From an uncultured bacterium (GTDB taxonomy: Bacteria; Margulisbacteria; WOR-1; CAZGTC01), in NCBI GenBank assembly GCA_964528395.1, contig CAZGTC010000009.1:1304-65303 (forward strand): a stretch of 64,000 nucleotides of DNA, given 5' to 3'. A model generated the notes under the pieces. It worked only from the letters and a program-made list of their open reading frames with translations, did no database searches and had not been told where the DNA came from. Made by a program: the position numbers and the translations under genes. Positions 20,868 through 34,499 of the stretch are shown here, in pieces. Positions within the stretch are counted from its first letter, which is position 1. The number at the start of each line of letters is the position of its first letter.

Positions 20868-21506
20868 TTATGTTCTCCTTAAAATAATCAGGTTGCCTTC
20901 TTTGCCTGGGACGCCGCCAGCAACCATAATCAAATTGTTTTCTTTATCAACTTTTACAATCCGCGAAGGTTGGGTAATTCTTTCTCCGCCCATTCTCCCA
21001 GCCATGCGTTTTCCCGGCACTACCCGGCCAGGAGTAGTTCCTGCACCGCTGGATCCGGGATTACGGTGATTTTTCGAGCCGTGCGTCATATCCCCGCGGC
21101 CAAAATGATGGCGCCGAACCGTACCCATAAAACCTTTTCCAATGGAATCGCCGATCAAATCAACGCGATCGCCTTCGGTAAAAATATTCGCGCTAATAAT
21201 TTCTCCGGGTTCAAAATTAGCGCTTTCATCCGAGCGGATTTCTTTTATATAGCGGAAGAAAGTTTCACGGCCTAAAAATTTTTGGATGCCGGCTAAAGGC
21301 TTATTCACCTTGCGGCGATTGTCAAAACCCAGCTGCAAAGCTACATAGCCTTCTTTTTCTTTAGTAAGCTTTTTTACAACTACACACGGGCCTGCCTCCA
21401 GTACTGTTACTGGAAAAACCTTGCCGCTTTCATCATAAATTTGGGTCATGCCCAATTTTTTTGCCAAAAGGCCGTCAAATTTTTTTGTTTTTGCTTCTTC
21501 TGCCAT
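20868..21506 (-). CDS. rplC: 50S ribosomal protein L3
   Basis: KLGMTQI, PVTVL, GKGFMG, MAGRMG. Confidence 0.97.
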   Translation of the reverse strand: MAEEAKTKKFDGLLAKKLGMTQIYDESGKVFPVTVLEAGPCVVVKKLTKEKEGYVALQLGFDNRRKVNKPLAGIQKFLGRETFFRYIKEIRSDESANFEPGEIISANIFTEGDRVDLIGDSIGKGFMGTVRRHHFGRGDMTHGSKNHRNPGSSGAGTTPGRVVPGKRMAGRMGGERITQPSRIVKVDKENNLIMVAGGVPGKEGNLIILRRT

Positions 21507-21515
21507 AAAAAACCT

Positions 21516-21836
21516 TTATTTGAGTTTTATTTCAATATCTACCCCGGCCGGCAAATCCAGCTGCATTAAAGCATCCACTGTTGCCGCCCCAGGATCCAAG
21601 ATATCAATCAAGCGCTTATGCGTACAAATTTGAAAATGCTCGCGCGACTTCTTATCCACATGCGGAGACCTTAACACGCAATAAATTTCCTTTTTCACCG
21701 GCAAAGGAATCGGGCCGGAAACATAGGCCCCGGCGCGCTTTGCAGTATCCACAATTTTTGCCGCGGATTGGTCTAAAATCCTATGGTCATAAGCTTTTAG
21801 CCGGATACGAATTCTTTGTTTTGTACGCACTGCCAT
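21516..21836 (-). CDS. rpsJ: 30S ribosomal protein S10
   Basis: [26 protein letters not shown]. Confidence 0.98.
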   Translation of the reverse strand: MAVRTKQRIRIRLKAYDHRILDQSAAKIVDTAKRAGAYVSGPIPLPVKKEIYCVLRSPHVDKKSREHFQICTHKRLIDILDPGAATVDALMQLDLPAGVDIEIKLK

Positions 21837-21849
21837 TTTATTCTTTTCC

Positions 21850-23040
21850 TTAAGCTATAATCTTGCTGACCGCCCCGGCCCCGACTGTATGCCCGCCTTC
21901 GCGAATCGCAAATCTTAAGCCTTCTTCAATTGCAATTTCCGTAATTAATTCAACGGTCATGACAATATTGTCCCCGGGCATAACCATTTCTACTTTTTCC
22001 GGCAACTTGATTTCTCCGGTTACATCCGTTGTACGGATAAAGAATTGCGGCTTGTAGCCTGGAAAAAACGGGGTATGCCGGCCGCCCTCTTCTTTTTTCA
22101 ATACATAAACTTGGGCTTCAAATTTTTTGTGCGGCTTAACGCTGCCGGATTTTGCCAGTACCATGCCGCGGGCTAATTCTTCTTTTTCTATGCCGCGCAG
22201 CAATAATCCAACGTTATCCCCGGCAATGCCTTCATCCAGAGTTTTTCTAAACATTTCAACTCCGGTTACAGTGGTTTTTTTGTGCGCTCCCATCCCGATA
22301 ACTTCGACTTCTTCCCCGACTTTTACCTTGCCTCTTTCAATTCTTCCAGTTCCAACTGTGCCTCTTCCTGTAATGGTAAAAACATCTTCGATTGGCATAA
22401 GAAAAGGCTTGTCAATATCCCTTTTTGGATCTGGAATATAATTATCCAAAGCATTGATCAATTCTTGGATGCATTTTCCAGAATCCCCTTCTCCGCCAGA
22501 TTCCAAGGCTTTTAGGGCTGAGCCGCGGATAATCGGGATCGTGTCTCCGGGAAATTCATATTTTTTCAGCAAATCGCGAGTTTCTACTTCTACTAAATCA
22601 ATTAATTCAGGATCATCTACCATATCAACTTTATTGAGAAAAACAACAATTGAAGGAACGTTTACTTGGCGGGCCAGCAAAATATGCTCCCTGGTCTGGG
22701 GCATGGGCCCGTCAGCAGCAGAAACAACCAGGATCGCCCCGTCCATTTGCGCTGCTCCAACAACCATGTTTTTTACATAGTCAGCGTGGCCAGGGCAATC
22801 GATGTGGGCATAGTGCCTTTTATCGGATTCATATTCAACGTGGGCAATTGCAATCGTGATTCCGCGGGCTTTTTCTTCAGGCGCAGAATCGATTTCATCG
22901 AATTTTTTTGCTTTGGCTTTTCCTTGCTTGGCTAAATATTGCGTAATCGCTGCCGTTAAAGTAGTCTTGCCATGGTCAACGTGCCCGATCGTCCCAACGT
23001 TCAAATGCGGTTTTTTCCTCTCAAATTTTTCTCTCGTCAT
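21850..23040 (-). CDS. tuf: Elongation factor Tu
   Basis: [24 protein letters not shown]; start trimmed to ATG 23040. Confidence 0.98.
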   Translation of the reverse strand: MTREKFERKKPHLNVGTIGHVDHGKTTLTAAITQYLAKQGKAKAKKFDEIDSAPEEKARGITIAIAHVEYESDKRHYAHIDCPGHADYVKNMVVGAAQMDGAILVVSAADGPMPQTREHILLARQVNVPSIVVFLNKVDMVDDPELIDLVEVETRDLLKKYEFPGDTIPIIRGSALKALESGGEGDSGKCIQELINALDNYIPDPKRDIDKPFLMPIEDVFTITGRGTVGTGRIERGKVKVGEEVEVIGMGAHKKTTVTGVEMFRKTLDEGIAGDNVGLLLRGIEKEELARGMVLAKSGSVKPHKKFEAQVYVLKKEEGGRHTPFFPGYKPQFFIRTTDVTGEIKLPEKVEMVMPGDNIVMTVELITEIAIEEGLRFAIREGGHTVGAGAVSKIIA

Positions 23041-23150
23041 TTTATTTTCCTCCCTTTTTCTTTCCTTAAAATATATTTTTTCTCTTGAAAACAAAGTGGA
23101 TATTATATACTATTTTTCAAAAAAAATCCTTGCTATTTTTCTATTTTTTA

Positions 23151-25238
23151 TTATCTTGCAGCACCTTTAAATTTTTCTATAATGCCGTCTGCAATATTTC
23201 TTGGCACCTCCTCGTTATGAGAAAATTCCATGGTAAAAGTTCCGCGGCCCTGCGTTTTTGAGCGCAGGTCCGTTGAATAACCAAACATATTGGCAAGCGG
23301 CACTTTAGTTTTTATAGTTTGTATGCCAGCGTGGCTTTCCATATTTTCAATGCGTCCGCGCCGGCTGTTGAGATCCCCGATGACATCTCCCATATATTGC
23401 TCTGGGACCACTACTTCAACTGACATAATCGGCTCGAGTAAAATCGGCCGTGCCGATAAAACTGCTTTTTTAATCGCCATGGATCCGGCAATTTTAAAGG
23501 CCATTTCGGATGAATCGACTTCGTGGAACGAACCGTCAAACAAAGTACAGCGCAAATCCACGACCGGATAACCAGCCACAATGCCAGTTGACATAGCTTC
23601 TACAATACCTTTTTCAATAGCCGGGATATATTCTTTTGGAATAACTCCGCCCACAATGTCATTGACAAATTCAAAACCTTTGCCCCGCTCGAGCGGCTCA
23701 ATGCTAATCACAACGTGGCCATACTGCCCGCGGCCGCCGGTTTGGCGGATAAATTTTGTTTCAACATCATCCGCTTTGCCATTGACCGTTTCTTTATAAG
23801 CAACTTGAGGCTTGCCGACATTGGCTTCGACTTTGAACTCCCTTAACAAGCGGTCAACAATAATTTCTAAGTGCAATTCGCCCATCCCAGAAATAATGGT
23901 TTGCCCGGTTTCTGGATCGCCTTTAACCCTAAAAGTCGGATCTTCTTCGGACAGGCGGGCTAATGCTAATCCCAATTTTTCTTGGTCAGCCTTGGTTTTT
24001 GGTTCAATGGCTACAAAAATAACTGGTTCGGGAAATTGGATGGCTTCTAAAATAATCGGCTTATCCTCATCGCACATGGTATCCCCGGTAAAAGTATATT
24101 TGAGCCCAACCGCAGCCGCAATATCCCCGGCGCGCACTTCATCAATTTCTTCGCGCTTATTGGCATGCATCTGCAAGAGCCGGCCGATCCTTTCTTTTTT
24201 GTCTTTGGTTGAATTATAAGTATAAGAACCTTTTTCCAGAACTCCTGAATAAACGCGGAAAAAGGTCAAGCGGCCGACAAAAGGATCCGACATGATTTTA
24301 AAAGCTAAGGCTGCAAAAGGCGCTTCGTCTTTGGCTTCGCGCGTATCATCCTGCCCGGATCTTGGATTAATGCCTTTAACTGCTTTAACCTCTGCTGGCG
24401 ACGGGAGGTAGGTAACAATAGAATCTAAAAGGGATTGGACCCCTTTATTTTTGAAGGCAGATCCGCAAGTTACTGGGACGATTTTTGCATCGATGCAAGC
24501 CTTGCGGATGCCGCGGATAACTTCTTCTTTATTTAAAGAACCGTCAGCTAAATATTTTTCCAGCAAATTATCTTCGCTTTCTGCCGCAGTTTCGATCAAT
24601 TTATTATGGTATTCCTGCGCCTGGTCTTTTAGTTCAGCGGGAATATCTGTAACTGAAAACTTAACTCCCATTTCATCTTCATACAAAATTGCTTTCATTT
24701 CTACCAAATCAATAAGGCCTTTGAATTTTTCTTCGCTGCCAATAGGAAGCTGCAATAAAATAGGATTAATCTGCAAGCGCTCCTTCATTTGCTTGACCAC
24801 GCGGAAAAAATCCGCGCCCACGCGATCCATTTTATTTATAAAAGCAATGCGCGGCACTTTATACCGGTTAGCCTGGCGCCAGACTGTTTCAGATTGAGGC
24901 TGTACTCCGCCCACAGCGCAGAAAATAATACAAACTCCGTCTAAAACGCGCATGCTGCGCTCAACTTCTACCGTAAAATCAACGTGGCCGGGAGTATCAA
25001 TAATATTGATGCGGTGGTCTTTCCAAAAAGTCGTAGTTGCCGCAGAAGTAATGGTAATTCCCCGTTCTTTTTCCTGTTCCATCCAGTCCATGGTTGCTGC
25101 GCCGTCATGCACTTCGCCGATCTTATGCAGCTTGCCGGAATAATACAAAACTCTTTCCGTGGTAGTAGTTTTTCCAGCATCAATATGCGCAGCAAAACCC
25201 ATGTTGCGATATTTATTTATTTCCCATTCTCTCGGCAT
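23151..25238 (-). CDS. fusA: Elongation factor G
   Basis: [32 protein letters not shown]. Confidence 0.98.
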   Translation of the reverse strand: MPREWEINKYRNMGFAAHIDAGKTTTTERVLYYSGKLHKIGEVHDGAATMDWMEQEKERGITITSAATTTFWKDHRINIIDTPGHVDFTVEVERSMRVLDGVCIIFCAVGGVQPQSETVWRQANRYKVPRIAFINKMDRVGADFFRVVKQMKERLQINPILLQLPIGSEEKFKGLIDLVEMKAILYEDEMGVKFSVTDIPAELKDQAQEYHNKLIETAAESEDNLLEKYLADGSLNKEEVIRGIRKACIDAKIVPVTCGSAFKNKGVQSLLDSIVTYLPSPAEVKAVKGINPRSGQDDTREAKDEAPFAALAFKIMSDPFVGRLTFFRVYSGVLEKGSYTYNSTKDKKERIGRLLQMHANKREEIDEVRAGDIAAAVGLKYTFTGDTMCDEDKPIILEAIQFPEPVIFVAIEPKTKADQEKLGLALARLSEEDPTFRVKGDPETGQTIISGMGELHLEIIVDRLLREFKVEANVGKPQVAYKETVNGKADDVETKFIRQTGGRGQYGHVVISIEPLERGKGFEFVNDIVGGVIPKEYIPAIEKGIVEAMSTGIVAGYPVVDLRCTLFDGSFHEVDSSEMAFKIAGSMAIKKAVLSARPILLEPIMSVEVVVPEQYMGDVIGDLNSRRGRIENMESHAGIQTIKTKVPLANMFGYSTDLRSKTQGRGTFTMEFSHNEEVPRNIADGIIEKFKGAAR

Positions 25239-25268
25239 TTTACTCTCCTTCTTCCAACAGTTCTTCCC

Positions 25269-25736
25269 TTACCAGCGCAAGTGCGCAAAAGCTTTATTGC
25301 TGTCAGCCATGCGGTGCATTTCTTCTCGCTTATTAAAAGCCCCGCCGGTATTATTGTAAGCAGCCAGCATTTCTTCGCTCAAGGCATTTTCCATTGCGCG
25401 TCCGCGCTCGCGGGCAGAATCGCGCAGCCATTGCATGGCCAAAGAAATCCCTCTTTTTCTAGAAACCTCAATCGGCACCTGGTAAGTAGATCCGCCGACG
25501 CGGCGGGATTTGACTTCCATAATCGGCGAAAGGTTGGAAAGAATTTTTTCAAAAATTTCTTTGCCGTCTTTTTTTAATTTTTCTTCCGCTTTTTTTAAAG
25601 CAGAATACATAATTCCTTCGGCTTTGCTTTTTTTCCCATCGTACATAATCTTATTGATAAATTTTGCAATCAATTCGCTTTGATATAAGGAATCAATTTG
25701 CTTAATCCTTTTTATAACTCGGGCTCGCCTAGGCAT
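25269..25736 (-). CDS. rpsG: 30S ribosomal protein S7
   Basis: [29 protein letters not shown]; start trimmed to 25736. Confidence 0.97.
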   Translation of the reverse strand: MPRRARVIKRIKQIDSLYQSELIAKFINKIMYDGKKSKAEGIMYSALKKAEEKLKKDGKEIFEKILSNLSPIMEVKSRRVGGSTYQVPIEVSRKRGISLAMQWLRDSARERGRAMENALSEEMLAAYNNTGGAFNKREEMHRMADSNKAFAHLRW

Positions 25737-26121
25737 TTTTTGCTCCTCCTTCTTTCGGGCGCTTCGCCCCGTAGCGCGATCTTCCTTGGCGGCGATCGCC
25801 AACTCCGCTGCAATCCAATGGGCCGCGAATAATATGGTAACGCACGCCCGGCAAATCTTTTACTCTTCCTCCGCGAACCAATACTACCGAGTGCTCCTGA
25901 AGGTTATGCCCCTCTCCTCCGATATAAGCTGTAATCTCTTGGCCATTGGTCAATCTGACGCGAGCAACTTTTCTCAAGGCAGAATTAGGTTTTTTGGGCG
26001 TAGTTGTATAAACGCGCGTGCACACTCCGCGGCGGCAAGGATTTTTATCCAGCGCCGGGGCTTTTCCTTTTCGGCTCTTATTTTTTCTTCCCTTCCTGAC
26101 TAACTGGTTAAACGTTGGCAA
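25729..26121 (-). CDS. rpsL: 30S ribosomal protein S12
   Basis: [22 protein letters not shown]. Confidence 0.98.
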   Translation of the reverse strand: MPTFNQLVRKGRKNKSRKGKAPALDKNPCRRGVCTRVYTTTPKKPNSALRKVARVRLTNGQEITAYIGGEGHNLQEHSVVLVRGGRVKDLPGVRYHIIRGPLDCSGVGDRRQGRSRYGAKRPKEGGAKNA

Positions 26122-26137
26122 TTTTCTTCCTCCTTAA

Positions 26138-29100
26138 TTAAACATTGGTAACTGGGACTAACTCCAAGTGGCGGTATCCGCTAAAACCTGTTCCAGCTGG
26201 AATCAATTTCCCGATAATAATATTTTCTTTTAAGCCGTACATATCATCAATGCGGCCTTTCACTGCTGCTTCGGTCAAAACCCTGGCAGTTTCCTGGAAA
26301 GAAGCTGCAGAAATAAAGCTGTCAGTTGAAAGAGATGCCTTGGTAATCCCCAAAAGCACTTGGGTAGCTTCGGCTTTTTCTTCCTTAGCGCTTTCATTCA
26401 TCTCTTGCAGGAGGGTTGTTTCAATCAGCTCGCCCGGCAAAAGAATCGTATCTCCGGATTTGACCACGCGCACGCGCCGCGTCATTTGGCGGACAATTAA
26501 TTCAATATGCTTGTCCGAAATCGTAACGCCCTGGCCTTTGTATATTTTTTGGATTTCATCCACCAGGAATTTGCGGGTTTCTTTCAAGCCGCGGGTGCGC
26601 AAAAGATCGTGCGGATTGATATTGCCTTCAGTTAATTGCGTACCAGGATGCACATGGTCCCCATTGATGACTTTTAGCCGCATGCCGTAAGGAATAATAT
26701 ATTCTTTTTTGTCTTCTTTTTTCGAGCCTTCGACAATAACGTGGCGCACGCCCTCCTGCTCAAATATCTTGACCAAGCCGTCGATTTCTGAAAGCAGGGC
26801 AGCATTTTGCGGCCGGCGGCCTTCAAATAATTCTTCGACTTTTGGCAAGCCTTGGACAATATCGCGGGTTTTGCTTGGGTCGCGATGCACTGATTCTACT
26901 TTTGTGAGAATATCGTATTCTTCGATATCCGCGCCGTCCCTTACCAATAAGCGCGAACCCGCCAAAATAGAATAAATTTCTCCGGGCGCAACTTTGATGC
27001 TCTTATGGTCAGCTTCAAGCACCACGCCGCTTAATGAAGAAACTACGCTGGTTGCGATTTCTTCATTGGCATTTACGCGCGATCCCACTTGGACAAAAAC
27101 TTTGGCTTTTTCCGGAACTTTGAATTCCTTGACGCCTTTGACGCTGTAAACCAAAATATCTCCGTCTTTTTTAGCCAATTCCTCAACAATCTTTTTATCA
27201 TTGATCTTTTTCCTGCGGTGGCTGATTTCAATGGATAAATATTTCACTTTACCCGCGCTAGAAACTACGGTGTAATCATAAGTCGGGTCGTATTCTGCCA
27301 AGACTCGGTGTGCTTCTACGGTTTCTCCGTCTTTTACCAAAAGTATAGAACCGACTGGTAAAATATGCTCTTCTAAGCGATTTTTTACGCGCACATTCAA
27401 AATAGATTCGCGCGTAATCATTTTTACTTTTTCGCCGCTGTCATCTACCGCGTCTTTTACCTCAAAGCCTTCGCCGAATTCTACTTTTCCTTTATGCTTA
27501 TTTTTTAGCGAAACCTTGGCGGTTTTATGCAGGGCAATTCCTCCAATATGGAAAGTGCGCATGGTCAGCTGGGTTCCTGGTTCGCCGATAGACTGGGCGG
27601 CAATAATTCCAACTGCTTCCCCGATATTTATCAAATCCCCGGTAGATAAATCTTTTCCGTAGCAAACGCGGCAAACTCCGCGCTGGGCCTTGCAAGTCAG
27701 GGTAGAACGCACTTCAACGCTGTCAATCCCGGCCTCGGCAATCGCCGGGATATCTTGTTCTGAAACTCTCTTGCCTGCCCGTACTATTACCTCATTGGAA
27801 ATCGGGTCAACCACATTGTGCACCGGCACGCGATCAATAAGCCGGACGCTCAAAGGAATAATTTCTTCAAATCCTTCGCGCACAGCATTTAAAATAATTC
27901 CTTCTTTGCTCTGGCAGTCTTCTTCGGTAACCACCACATCCTGCGCCACATCCACCAAGCGGCGGGTCAAATAACCAGAATCTGCAGTACGCAGGGCAGT
28001 ATCTACCAAGCCTTTTCTGGCGCCATAAGAAGAAATAAAATATTCTGTAATATTCAATCCTTCTTTAAAGTTTGTTTTGATCGGGATTTCAATAATGTTT
28101 CCTAAAGGATCTGCCATTAATCCGCGGATCCCTGCCAGCTGGCGGACCTGCTGGACATTGCCGCGCGCTCCAGAGAAAGCCATCATATAAACAGAATTGA
28201 GCTTGTCAAACTCATCCAGCATCGCCTGGGTAACTTTTTCTGTAACCGTGCTCCAAATATCTAAAGACTGGATAAATTTTTCTTTTGAAGACAAGTCCCC
28301 GGTCTTATAGTGCGCTTCCAGCTGGCTGACGCGGTGCTGCGCATCATCAATAATTTTCTTTTTGGATTTTGGGACGATTAAATCAGAAATAGAAATAGAA
28401 ACTCCGGCTAGAGTTGCATATTTGAATCCCAAGCGCTTAATCTCGTCCGCGACTTCTGCCGCAAGTGCCGAACCAAATTTACGATAAACTTCTTCAATAA
28501 TATCCGAAAGTTTTTTCTTATCTACCACTTTATTGATATATTCAAGCTTAGCTCCCTCTATGCGGTGCGCAATAACGCGATCCAAAGTGTTGTTGAATTT
28601 AATACGGCCAACAGTTGTTTCAATTAATTTGCCTTCTTCGCGGCGCACCTTGATCAAAGCATGCAAATGCACCATTCCCAAATCATTGGCCTGCATGGCT
28701 TCCCAATCATTGGCAAATGTTTTTCCCTTGCCTTCCTTGGCTCTTTCATCTGCAACCGTCATGTAATAAGTACCTAGAACCATATCTTGGGTCGGGGTAA
28801 TAATCGGCTTCCCAGAAGCTGGAGACAAGATATTATTAGAAGAAAGCATGAGAATGCGCGATTCTACCTGGGCTTCAACCAGAAGCGGCACGTGCACTGC
28901 CATTTGGTCGCCGTCAAAGTCTGCGTTAAAAGCCGGGCAAACTAACGGGTGGATTTGAATGGCTTTTCCTTCCACCAAAACTGGTTCAAAAGCCTGGATA
29001 CCCAGCCGGTGAAGAGTTGGCGCACGGTTGAGCAAAACTGGATGGCCTTTGATCACTTCTTCTAAAATATCCCAAACAATCACGTCATATTTTTCAATCA

Positions 29101-30286
29101 AGCGCTTGGCATTTTTTACATTTTGGGCAATGCCGCGATCTACTAATTTGCGGATGACAAAAGGCTTAAAAAGTTCCAGCGCCATTTCCTTGGGCAGTCC
29201 GCATTGGTGGACTTTTAGCGACGGGCCAACCACAATAACCGACCGTCCGGAATAATCGGTCCTTTTTCCTAAAAGATTTTGGCGGAAGCGCCCCTGTTTT
29301 CCCTCAATAATATCGGTCAAGGATTTTAGCGGGCGGCCGGTTGAGCCAGTGACCGCGCGCTTCCTTCTTCCATTGTCAATGAGCACATCCACTGCTTCCT
29401 GCAGCATGCGCTTTTCATTGCGGATAATCATATCCGGCGCACCCATATTCATCATTTTTTTCAAGCGGTTATTGCGGTTAAGCACGCGGCGATAAAGATC
29501 ATTTAAATCAGAAGTCGCAAAACGCCCGCCTTCCAGCTGCACCATCGGCCGCAGGTCCGGCGGCATAACTGGGACAACTTCCAAAATCATCCATTCTGGA
29601 CGATTGCTAGACTTGAGGAAAGATTCTGCAACTCTTAACCGTTTGATAATTTTGAGGCGCTTTTGGCCGGCCGCAGTTTTTAGCTCGCGCCGCAATTTTA
29701 CAACCATTTGCGCAAGATCAATCTGGGCTAAAAGCTCGCGGATGCCCTTGGCTCCGCTTTCTGCTTTCAAAGCTTTTCCTAATTCATCCTTGGCTTCTTG
29801 ATATTGCGCTTCCTTGAGCACTTGGCCGACTTTTATCTTGGTCTTAATGCCTTCATCAAGATGCGTTACGATATAAGAATCATAATAAACCACTTCTTCT
29901 AAAGATTTGGTCGTAATATCCAAAAGCACGCCCATAAAGCTGGGCGTCCCGCGCAAAAACCAAATATGGGCAACCGGCACGGATAAAACAATGTGCCCCA
30001 TCCTTTCGCGCCGGACTTTGGAGGTGGTAACTTCTACTCCGCAGCGCTCGCAAACAATCCCGCGGTAGCGCAAACGGCGGTATTTGCCGCAATGGCATTC
30101 CCAATCTTTGACCGGCCCAAAAATCTTTTCGCAGAAAAGGCCTTTTCTCTCTGGCTTGAAAGTACGGTAATTAATGGTTTCGGGTTTTTCTACTTCGCCG
30201 TATGACCAGCTCAAAATTTTTTCCGTGGAAGAAAGCCCAACCTGCAGCGACGTAAAATCTTCTTTTATCTCAAAAGAAAGTCCCAT
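26138..30286 (-). CDS. rpoC: RNA polymerase beta-prime subunit (single, unsplit)
   Basis: [10 protein letters not shown] catalytic motif, N-terminal Zn finger, [16 protein letters not shown]. Confidence 0.98.
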   Translation of the reverse strand: MGLSFEIKEDFTSLQVGLSSTEKILSWSYGEVEKPETINYRTFKPERKGLFCEKIFGPVKDWECHCGKYRRLRYRGIVCERCGVEVTTSKVRRERMGHIVLSVPVAHIWFLRGTPSFMGVLLDITTKSLEEVVYYDSYIVTHLDEGIKTKIKVGQVLKEAQYQEAKDELGKALKAESGAKGIRELLAQIDLAQMVVKLRRELKTAAGQKRLKIIKRLRVAESFLKSSNRPEWMILEVVPVMPPDLRPMVQLEGGRFATSDLNDLYRRVLNRNNRLKKMMNMGAPDMIIRNEKRMLQEAVDVLIDNGRRKRAVTGSTGRPLKSLTDIIEGKQGRFRQNLLGKRTDYSGRSVIVVGPSLKVHQCGLPKEMALELFKPFVIRKLVDRGIAQNVKNAKRLIEKYDVIVWDILEEVIKGHPVLLNRAPTLHRLGIQAFEPVLVEGKAIQIHPLVCPAFNADFDGDQMAVHVPLLVEAQVESRILMLSSNNILSPASGKPIITPTQDMVLGTYYMTVADERAKEGKGKTFANDWEAMQANDLGMVHLHALIKVRREEGKLIETTVGRIKFNNTLDRVIAHRIEGAKLEYINKVVDKKKLSDIIEEVYRKFGSALAAEVADEIKRLGFKYATLAGVSISISDLIVPKSKKKIIDDAQHRVSQLEAHYKTGDLSSKEKFIQSLDIWSTVTEKVTQAMLDEFDKLNSVYMMAFSGARGNVQQVRQLAGIRGLMADPLGNIIEIPIKTNFKEGLNITEYFISSYGARKGLVDTALRTADSGYLTRRLVDVAQDVVVTEEDCQSKEGIILNAVREGFEEIIPLSVRLIDRVPVHNVVDPISNEVIVRAGKRVSEQDIPAIAEAGIDSVEVRSTLTCKAQRGVCRVCYGKDLSTGDLINIGEAVGIIAAQSIGEPGTQLTMRTFHIGGIALHKTAKVSLKNKHKGKVEFGEGFEVKDAVDDSGEKVKMITRESILNVRVKNRLEEHILPVGSILLVKDGETVEAHRVLAEYDPTYDYTVVSSAGKVKYLSIEISHRRKKINDKKIVEELAKKDGDILVYSVKGVKEFKVPEKAKVFVQVGSRVNANEEIATSVVSSLSGVVLEADHKSIKVAPGEIYSILAGSRLLVRDGADIEEYDILTKVESVHRDPSKTRDIVQGLPKVEELFEGRRPQNAALLSEIDGLVKIFEQEGVRHVIVEGSKKEDKKEYIIPYGMRLKVINGDHVHPGTQLTEGNINPHDLLRTRGLKETRKFLVDEIQKIYKGQGVTISDKHIELIVRQMTRRVRVVKSGDTILLPGELIETTLLQEMNESAKEEKAEATQVLLGITKASLSTDSFISAASFQETARVLTEAAVKGRIDDMYGLKENIIIGKLIPAGTGFSGYRHLELVPVTNV

Positions 30287-30292
30287 ATTTTT

Positions 30293-33200
30293 TTACCTTC
30301 CCCCTGCTTTTTTCTTTTTCAAAAGCTTGAGCGACAAATTTTTCTTGCCGTCAGAATCCATGTCTAAAACAACTTCTTTGCCGTTTTTATCAATGGTTTT
30401 GAAGTCTAATCCCAAACTTCGCAATTCCTTGAGCAATACCTTGAAAGATTCCGGGACTCCGGGAGTACCCATGGGCTTGCCTTTAATAATAGCTTCATAA
30501 ACCCGAGAGCGGCCATTGACGTCATCGGATTTTACGGTTAAAAGCTCTCTTAAAGTATGCGCTGCGCCGTAAGCCTCCAGAGCCCAAACTTCCATTTCCC
30601 CGAACCTTTGTCCTCCAAATTGGGCTTTTCCTCCAAGCGGCTGCTGGGTAATTAAAGAATAAGGGCCTGTGGCGCGGGCATGCATTTTATCGTCAACTAA
30701 GTGGATTAATTTCATCATATACATGTAGCCAACCGCCACTTTATTGCCAAAAGGCTGGCCCGTGCGGCCGTCCCGCAATTCAACTTTTCCGGTTTTATCC
30801 AACCAATCAATCTTGGCCTTTTTGGCAGCTTCTTCAAGTTTCTTCTCTACTTCTAGGACCGAAGCATCTTCTTCAAAGCGCTCATCAAAAGGAGGAACTT
30901 CAAAATTAACTCCCAAAAGGTGGGCAGCGTGGCCCAAAAGCAATTCTAGAATTTGGCCGATATTCATACGGGAAGGAACGCCTAATGGGTTTAGCACAAT
31001 GTCAATCGGCGTGCCATCCGGCAAATAAGGCATATCTTCGATCGGGACAACTTTTGAAATAACCCCTTTATTTCCATGGCGTCCAGCCATTTTATCTCCC
31101 ACAGATACTTTGCGGGTCTGGGCTAAATAAACGCGCACTAATTGGTGGACTCCAGGAGGAAGCTCATCCCCATTTTCCCGGGAAAAAACACGGACATTGA
31201 TAACTTTCCCAACTTCTCCAGAGGGAACGCGCAGCGAAGTATCGCGCATATCCCGAGCCTTGTCCCCAAAAATCGCGCGCAATAATTTTTCTTCTGCCGG
31301 CAGTTCGGTTTCTCCCTTTGGGGTAACTTTTCCAACCAGAATATCTCCGGGCTGCACTTCTGCCCCTACGCGGATAATGCCGCTTTCGTCTAAATTCCTC
31401 ATGGCTTCTTCAGAAACATTGGGTATTTCGCGGGTGATTTCTTCCATGCCCAATTTGGTTGCACGCACTTCTACTTCTAAGCGGTCAATATGTATAGTAG
31501 TAAAAACATCCGCCCGCACTAATTTTTCACTAATAATAATTGCGTCTTCGTAGTTGTAACCTTCCCAAGGCATAAAAGCCACGAGTATATTTTTGCCCAA
31601 AGCCAGCTCCCCATTGCAAGTAGCAGAACAGTCTGCAATGATATCGCCCTGCTTAATTTTCTGCCCCAGCTTAACCGTGGGCCTTTGGTGCAAAATCGTA
31701 TTTTGGTTGCTGCGGCCGAATTTCGTCAACTTATAAACATTTTTGCTTCCGCTGGAATTTTCAACCACAATTTCTTCGGCAGTAACTTTTTTGACTGTGC
31801 CAGAGCGCAATGCCTCAACCATTAATCTGGAATCCCGGGCAACTACCCGATCCAGGCCTGTAGAAATATACGGGGCTTCGGTAGTTAAAAGCGGCACAGA
31901 CTGCCTTTGCATGTTGGCGCCCATCAAAGCGCGGTTCGCATCATCGTGCTCTAGAAAAGGAATCAAAGCAGTTGTAATACCCACAACTTGTTCTGGCGCA
32001 ACTCCAATGTAATCCACTTCATGGCGGTCTGCAAAAATAAATTCGCGGCGGAAGCGTACCGGGATCTGGTCTTCCATAATGCGGCCTTCGCGGCTGGTCT
32101 TTACATCACAAGGACCAATCTTTTTAAGATCTTCTACATCTGCGGTCAAATATTCAACTTTCCCGGTTAACTTGCCTTTTTCTACCCTTATATAAGGCGT
32201 TTCAATAAAACCAAAATCATTTACGCGCGCAAAAGTTCCCAAAGAAGAAATCAATCCAGCGTTGGGCCCTTCGGGCGTTTCAATCGGGCAGATGCGGCCA
32301 TAATGGGAAGGATGGATATCGCGCACTTCAAAACCCGCACGGTCGCGGTTTAATCCGCCAGGCCCAAGCGCAGATAAGCGGCGCTTATGCGTCAGCTCTG
32401 CCAAGGGATTGGTCTGGTCCATAAACTGGGACAACTGCGAAGAAGCAAAAAATTCATGGATCACCGCTGTCAAGGGGCGGATATTGATCAATTGCTGGGG
32501 AGTAACGTCTTCTGCTGCTTTTGCGGCCATTTGCTCTTTGATCAGCCTTTCAACGCGGGACAAGCCAACCCGAAACTGGCGCTGCAAAAGCTCTCCCACA
32601 GAACGGATGCGGCGGTTGCCCAAATGGTCTATATCATCCGGGATCCCCTCTCCCAAATTAATTGAAATAAGATATTTCACCACTGCTAAAATATCTTCTT
32701 TGGTTAAAACTAATTTATCCATGCCAACTTTTATCCCGAGCTTGGCATTCATTTTGTAGCGGCCGACTTTACCCAAATCATAACGCCGGCTATTAAAAAA
32801 TAAATTGTTCAGGTAGACTTGCGCCCCTTCCATGGTAATCGGGTCTCCTGGGCGCAACAGCTTATATAATTCGATCAAAGCTTCAGCTTTGGGAACAATG
32901 GGATATTCCTTGAGGGAACGGCGCAGAAAATCTCCGCCTTCCAAAGCCTCTAAAATTTCTTTTTCGTTGCAAGCAATCGCAGATAAAAATAGAACCAAAG
33001 GCACTTTTTTGGTGCGGTTGATGCGGGCAAACAAGGCTCCCTGGGAATCCGTTTCTACTTCGAGCCATGATCCGCGATCCGGAATAATGGTGGCAAAACA
33101 AGTTGAACGGCCTTGCCTTTCCACTTTTTTGTTTTCGCGGAAAAAAACGCCCGCGGACCTGACCAGCTGGCTGACAATAACCCGCTCGGCCCCATTGATG

Positions 33201-33574
33201 ATAAAAGTGCCGCGCTCGGTCATAATCGGAAAATCGCCAATAAAAACTTTTTGGGATTTTATTTCCTTGCTCTTCTTATCTACTAAACGGGTACCGACTT
33301 TTAAGGGGGCGCAATAAGTTACTTCTCGGATGAGGCAATCTTCCGCACTGTACTTGGGTTTCCCAAATTCAAAATCACCCGTGAAAATTAATTCGCGGCG
33401 GCCTTCATAATCCTTGACTGGAGAAAAATCAATTAATTCTTCGCATAACCCTTCCTTTAGGAACCTTTGGAAAGAATTACGCTGAAGCTCTAAAAGATCC
33501 GGCATGCCAGACAAACGATTTTTTACGCGGTCGCTGAAAAGCTGGATTCTTTCCCTCATCTTTTCCATAAACAA
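30293..33574 (-). CDS. rpoB: RNA polymerase beta subunit (short, ~1090 aa)
   Basis: [33 protein letters not shown]; exact start among several nearby ATG/TTG uncertain. Confidence 0.98.
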   Translation of the reverse strand: MFMEKMRERIQLFSDRVKNRLSGMPDLLELQRNSFQRFLKEGLCEELIDFSPVKDYEGRRELIFTGDFEFGKPKYSAEDCLIREVTYCAPLKVGTRLVDKKSKEIKSQKVFIGDFPIMTERGTFIINGAERVIVSQLVRSAGVFFRENKKVERQGRSTCFATIIPDRGSWLEVETDSQGALFARINRTKKVPLVLFLSAIACNEKEILEALEGGDFLRRSLKEYPIVPKAEALIELYKLLRPGDPITMEGAQVYLNNLFFNSRRYDLGKVGRYKMNAKLGIKVGMDKLVLTKEDILAVVKYLISINLGEGIPDDIDHLGNRRIRSVGELLQRQFRVGLSRVERLIKEQMAAKAAEDVTPQQLINIRPLTAVIHEFFASSQLSQFMDQTNPLAELTHKRRLSALGPGGLNRDRAGFEVRDIHPSHYGRICPIETPEGPNAGLISSLGTFARVNDFGFIETPYIRVEKGKLTGKVEYLTADVEDLKKIGPCDVKTSREGRIMEDQIPVRFRREFIFADRHEVDYIGVAPEQVVGITTALIPFLEHDDANRALMGANMQRQSVPLLTTEAPYISTGLDRVVARDSRLMVEALRSGTVKKVTAEEIVVENSSGSKNVYKLTKFGRSNQNTILHQRPTVKLGQKIKQGDIIADCSATCNGELALGKNILVAFMPWEGYNYEDAIIISEKLVRADVFTTIHIDRLEVEVRATKLGMEEITREIPNVSEEAMRNLDESGIIRVGAEVQPGDILVGKVTPKGETELPAEEKLLRAIFGDKARDMRDTSLRVPSGEVGKVINVRVFSRENGDELPPGVHQLVRVYLAQTRKVSVGDKMAGRHGNKGVISKVVPIEDMPYLPDGTPIDIVLNPLGVPSRMNIGQILELLLGHAAHLLGVNFEVPPFDERFEEDASVLEVEKKLEEAAKKAKIDWLDKTGKVELRDGRTGQPFGNKVAVGYMYMMKLIHLVDDKMHARATGPYSLITQQPLGGKAQFGGQRFGEMEVWALEAYGAAHTLRELLTVKSDDVNGRSRVYEAIIKGKPMGTPGVPESFKVLLKELRSLGLDFKTIDKNGKEVVLDMDSDGKKNLSLKLLKKKKAGGR

Positions 33575-33588
33575 TGCGTTATCCCCCT

Positions 33589-33966
33589 TTATTTAATTTC
33601 AACCTTGGCCCCTTCGGCTTCTAATTTTTTCTTGATGTCTTCGGCTTCTTCTTTCTTCGCCCCTTCTTTTATAGTCTTAGGCGCTCCGTCTACCAAAGCT
33701 TTGGCTTCCTTTAATCCCAATCCAGTTACTTCGCGCAAAACCTTCAGCACTTGGATTTTCTTATCTCCGCTGGAAGCTAAAACAACTTCGAATTCATCTT
33801 TGACTTCAGCAGCAGCACTACTCCCGGCAGCAGATGGCCCAGCCATCATGGCAACCGGAGCTGCGGCAGTTACGCCAAACTTGTCTTCCAATTGTTTTAC
33901 CAAATCATTCAATTCCAAAACCGTCAAACCTTCTATATTGGATATGATCTCTGCTATCTTACTCAT
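33589..33966 (-). CDS. rplL: 50S ribosomal protein L7/L12
   Basis: LTVLEL, KKIQVLK, LGLKEAK. Confidence 0.98.
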   Translation of the reverse strand: MSKIAEIISNIEGLTVLELNDLVKQLEDKFGVTAAAPVAMMAGPSAAGSSAAAEVKDEFEVVLASSGDKKIQVLKVLREVTGLGLKEAKALVDGAPKTIKEGAKKEEAEDIKKKLEAEGAKVEIK

Positions 33967-33968
33967 TA

Positions 33969-34499
33969 TTATTTTTCACCCCCTTTTTGCTTTTTTTCAA
34001 TAATTGCAGTTAAAACATAAACCATTTTTCTCTTTGGTCCTTGCAGCACCCCGACAATATTCCGCAGCGGACCCTGGATCCCGCCCAAGGCTTTTGAAAT
34101 CAATTCTTGGCGGCTGGGCAGCTTGGATAATTGCTGGATCTGTTTAGCATCGCAGAATCCCTTTTCAATCAATCCAGCCTTGATGACCAATTTTTCATTT
34201 TCTTTGCAGAATTCCGCCAAGACCTTGGCTGGGCCAACCACGTCTTTTTTAGCAAACACAAAAGCCGTAGGCCCGGAAAAATATTCATCCAGCAGGCTGA
34301 TACCCAAGGAATTGGCCGCAATTTTTGCCAGCGTATTTTTAAAGACGAAATATTCAATGCCTTCTTTAAAAAGCTTTTTTCTTAATTCCGTGGTTTGCTT
34401 GACGGTCATGCCGCGAAAATCCGTCAGGATTACGGCTTGGCTCTGTTCAAATTTTTCTTTAATGCAGGAAACCTGATCTGCTTTTTCTTGACGCTTCAT
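33969..34499 (-). CDS. rplJ: 50S ribosomal protein L10
   Basis: [21 protein letters not shown]. Confidence 0.97.
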   Translation of the reverse strand: MKRQEKADQVSCIKEKFEQSQAVILTDFRGMTVKQTTELRKKLFKEGIEYFVFKNTLAKIAANSLGISLLDEYFSGPTAFVFAKKDVVGPAKVLAEFCKENEKLVIKAGLIEKGFCDAKQIQQLSKLPSRQELISKALGGIQGPLRNIVGVLQGPKRKMVYVLTAIIEKKQKGGEK

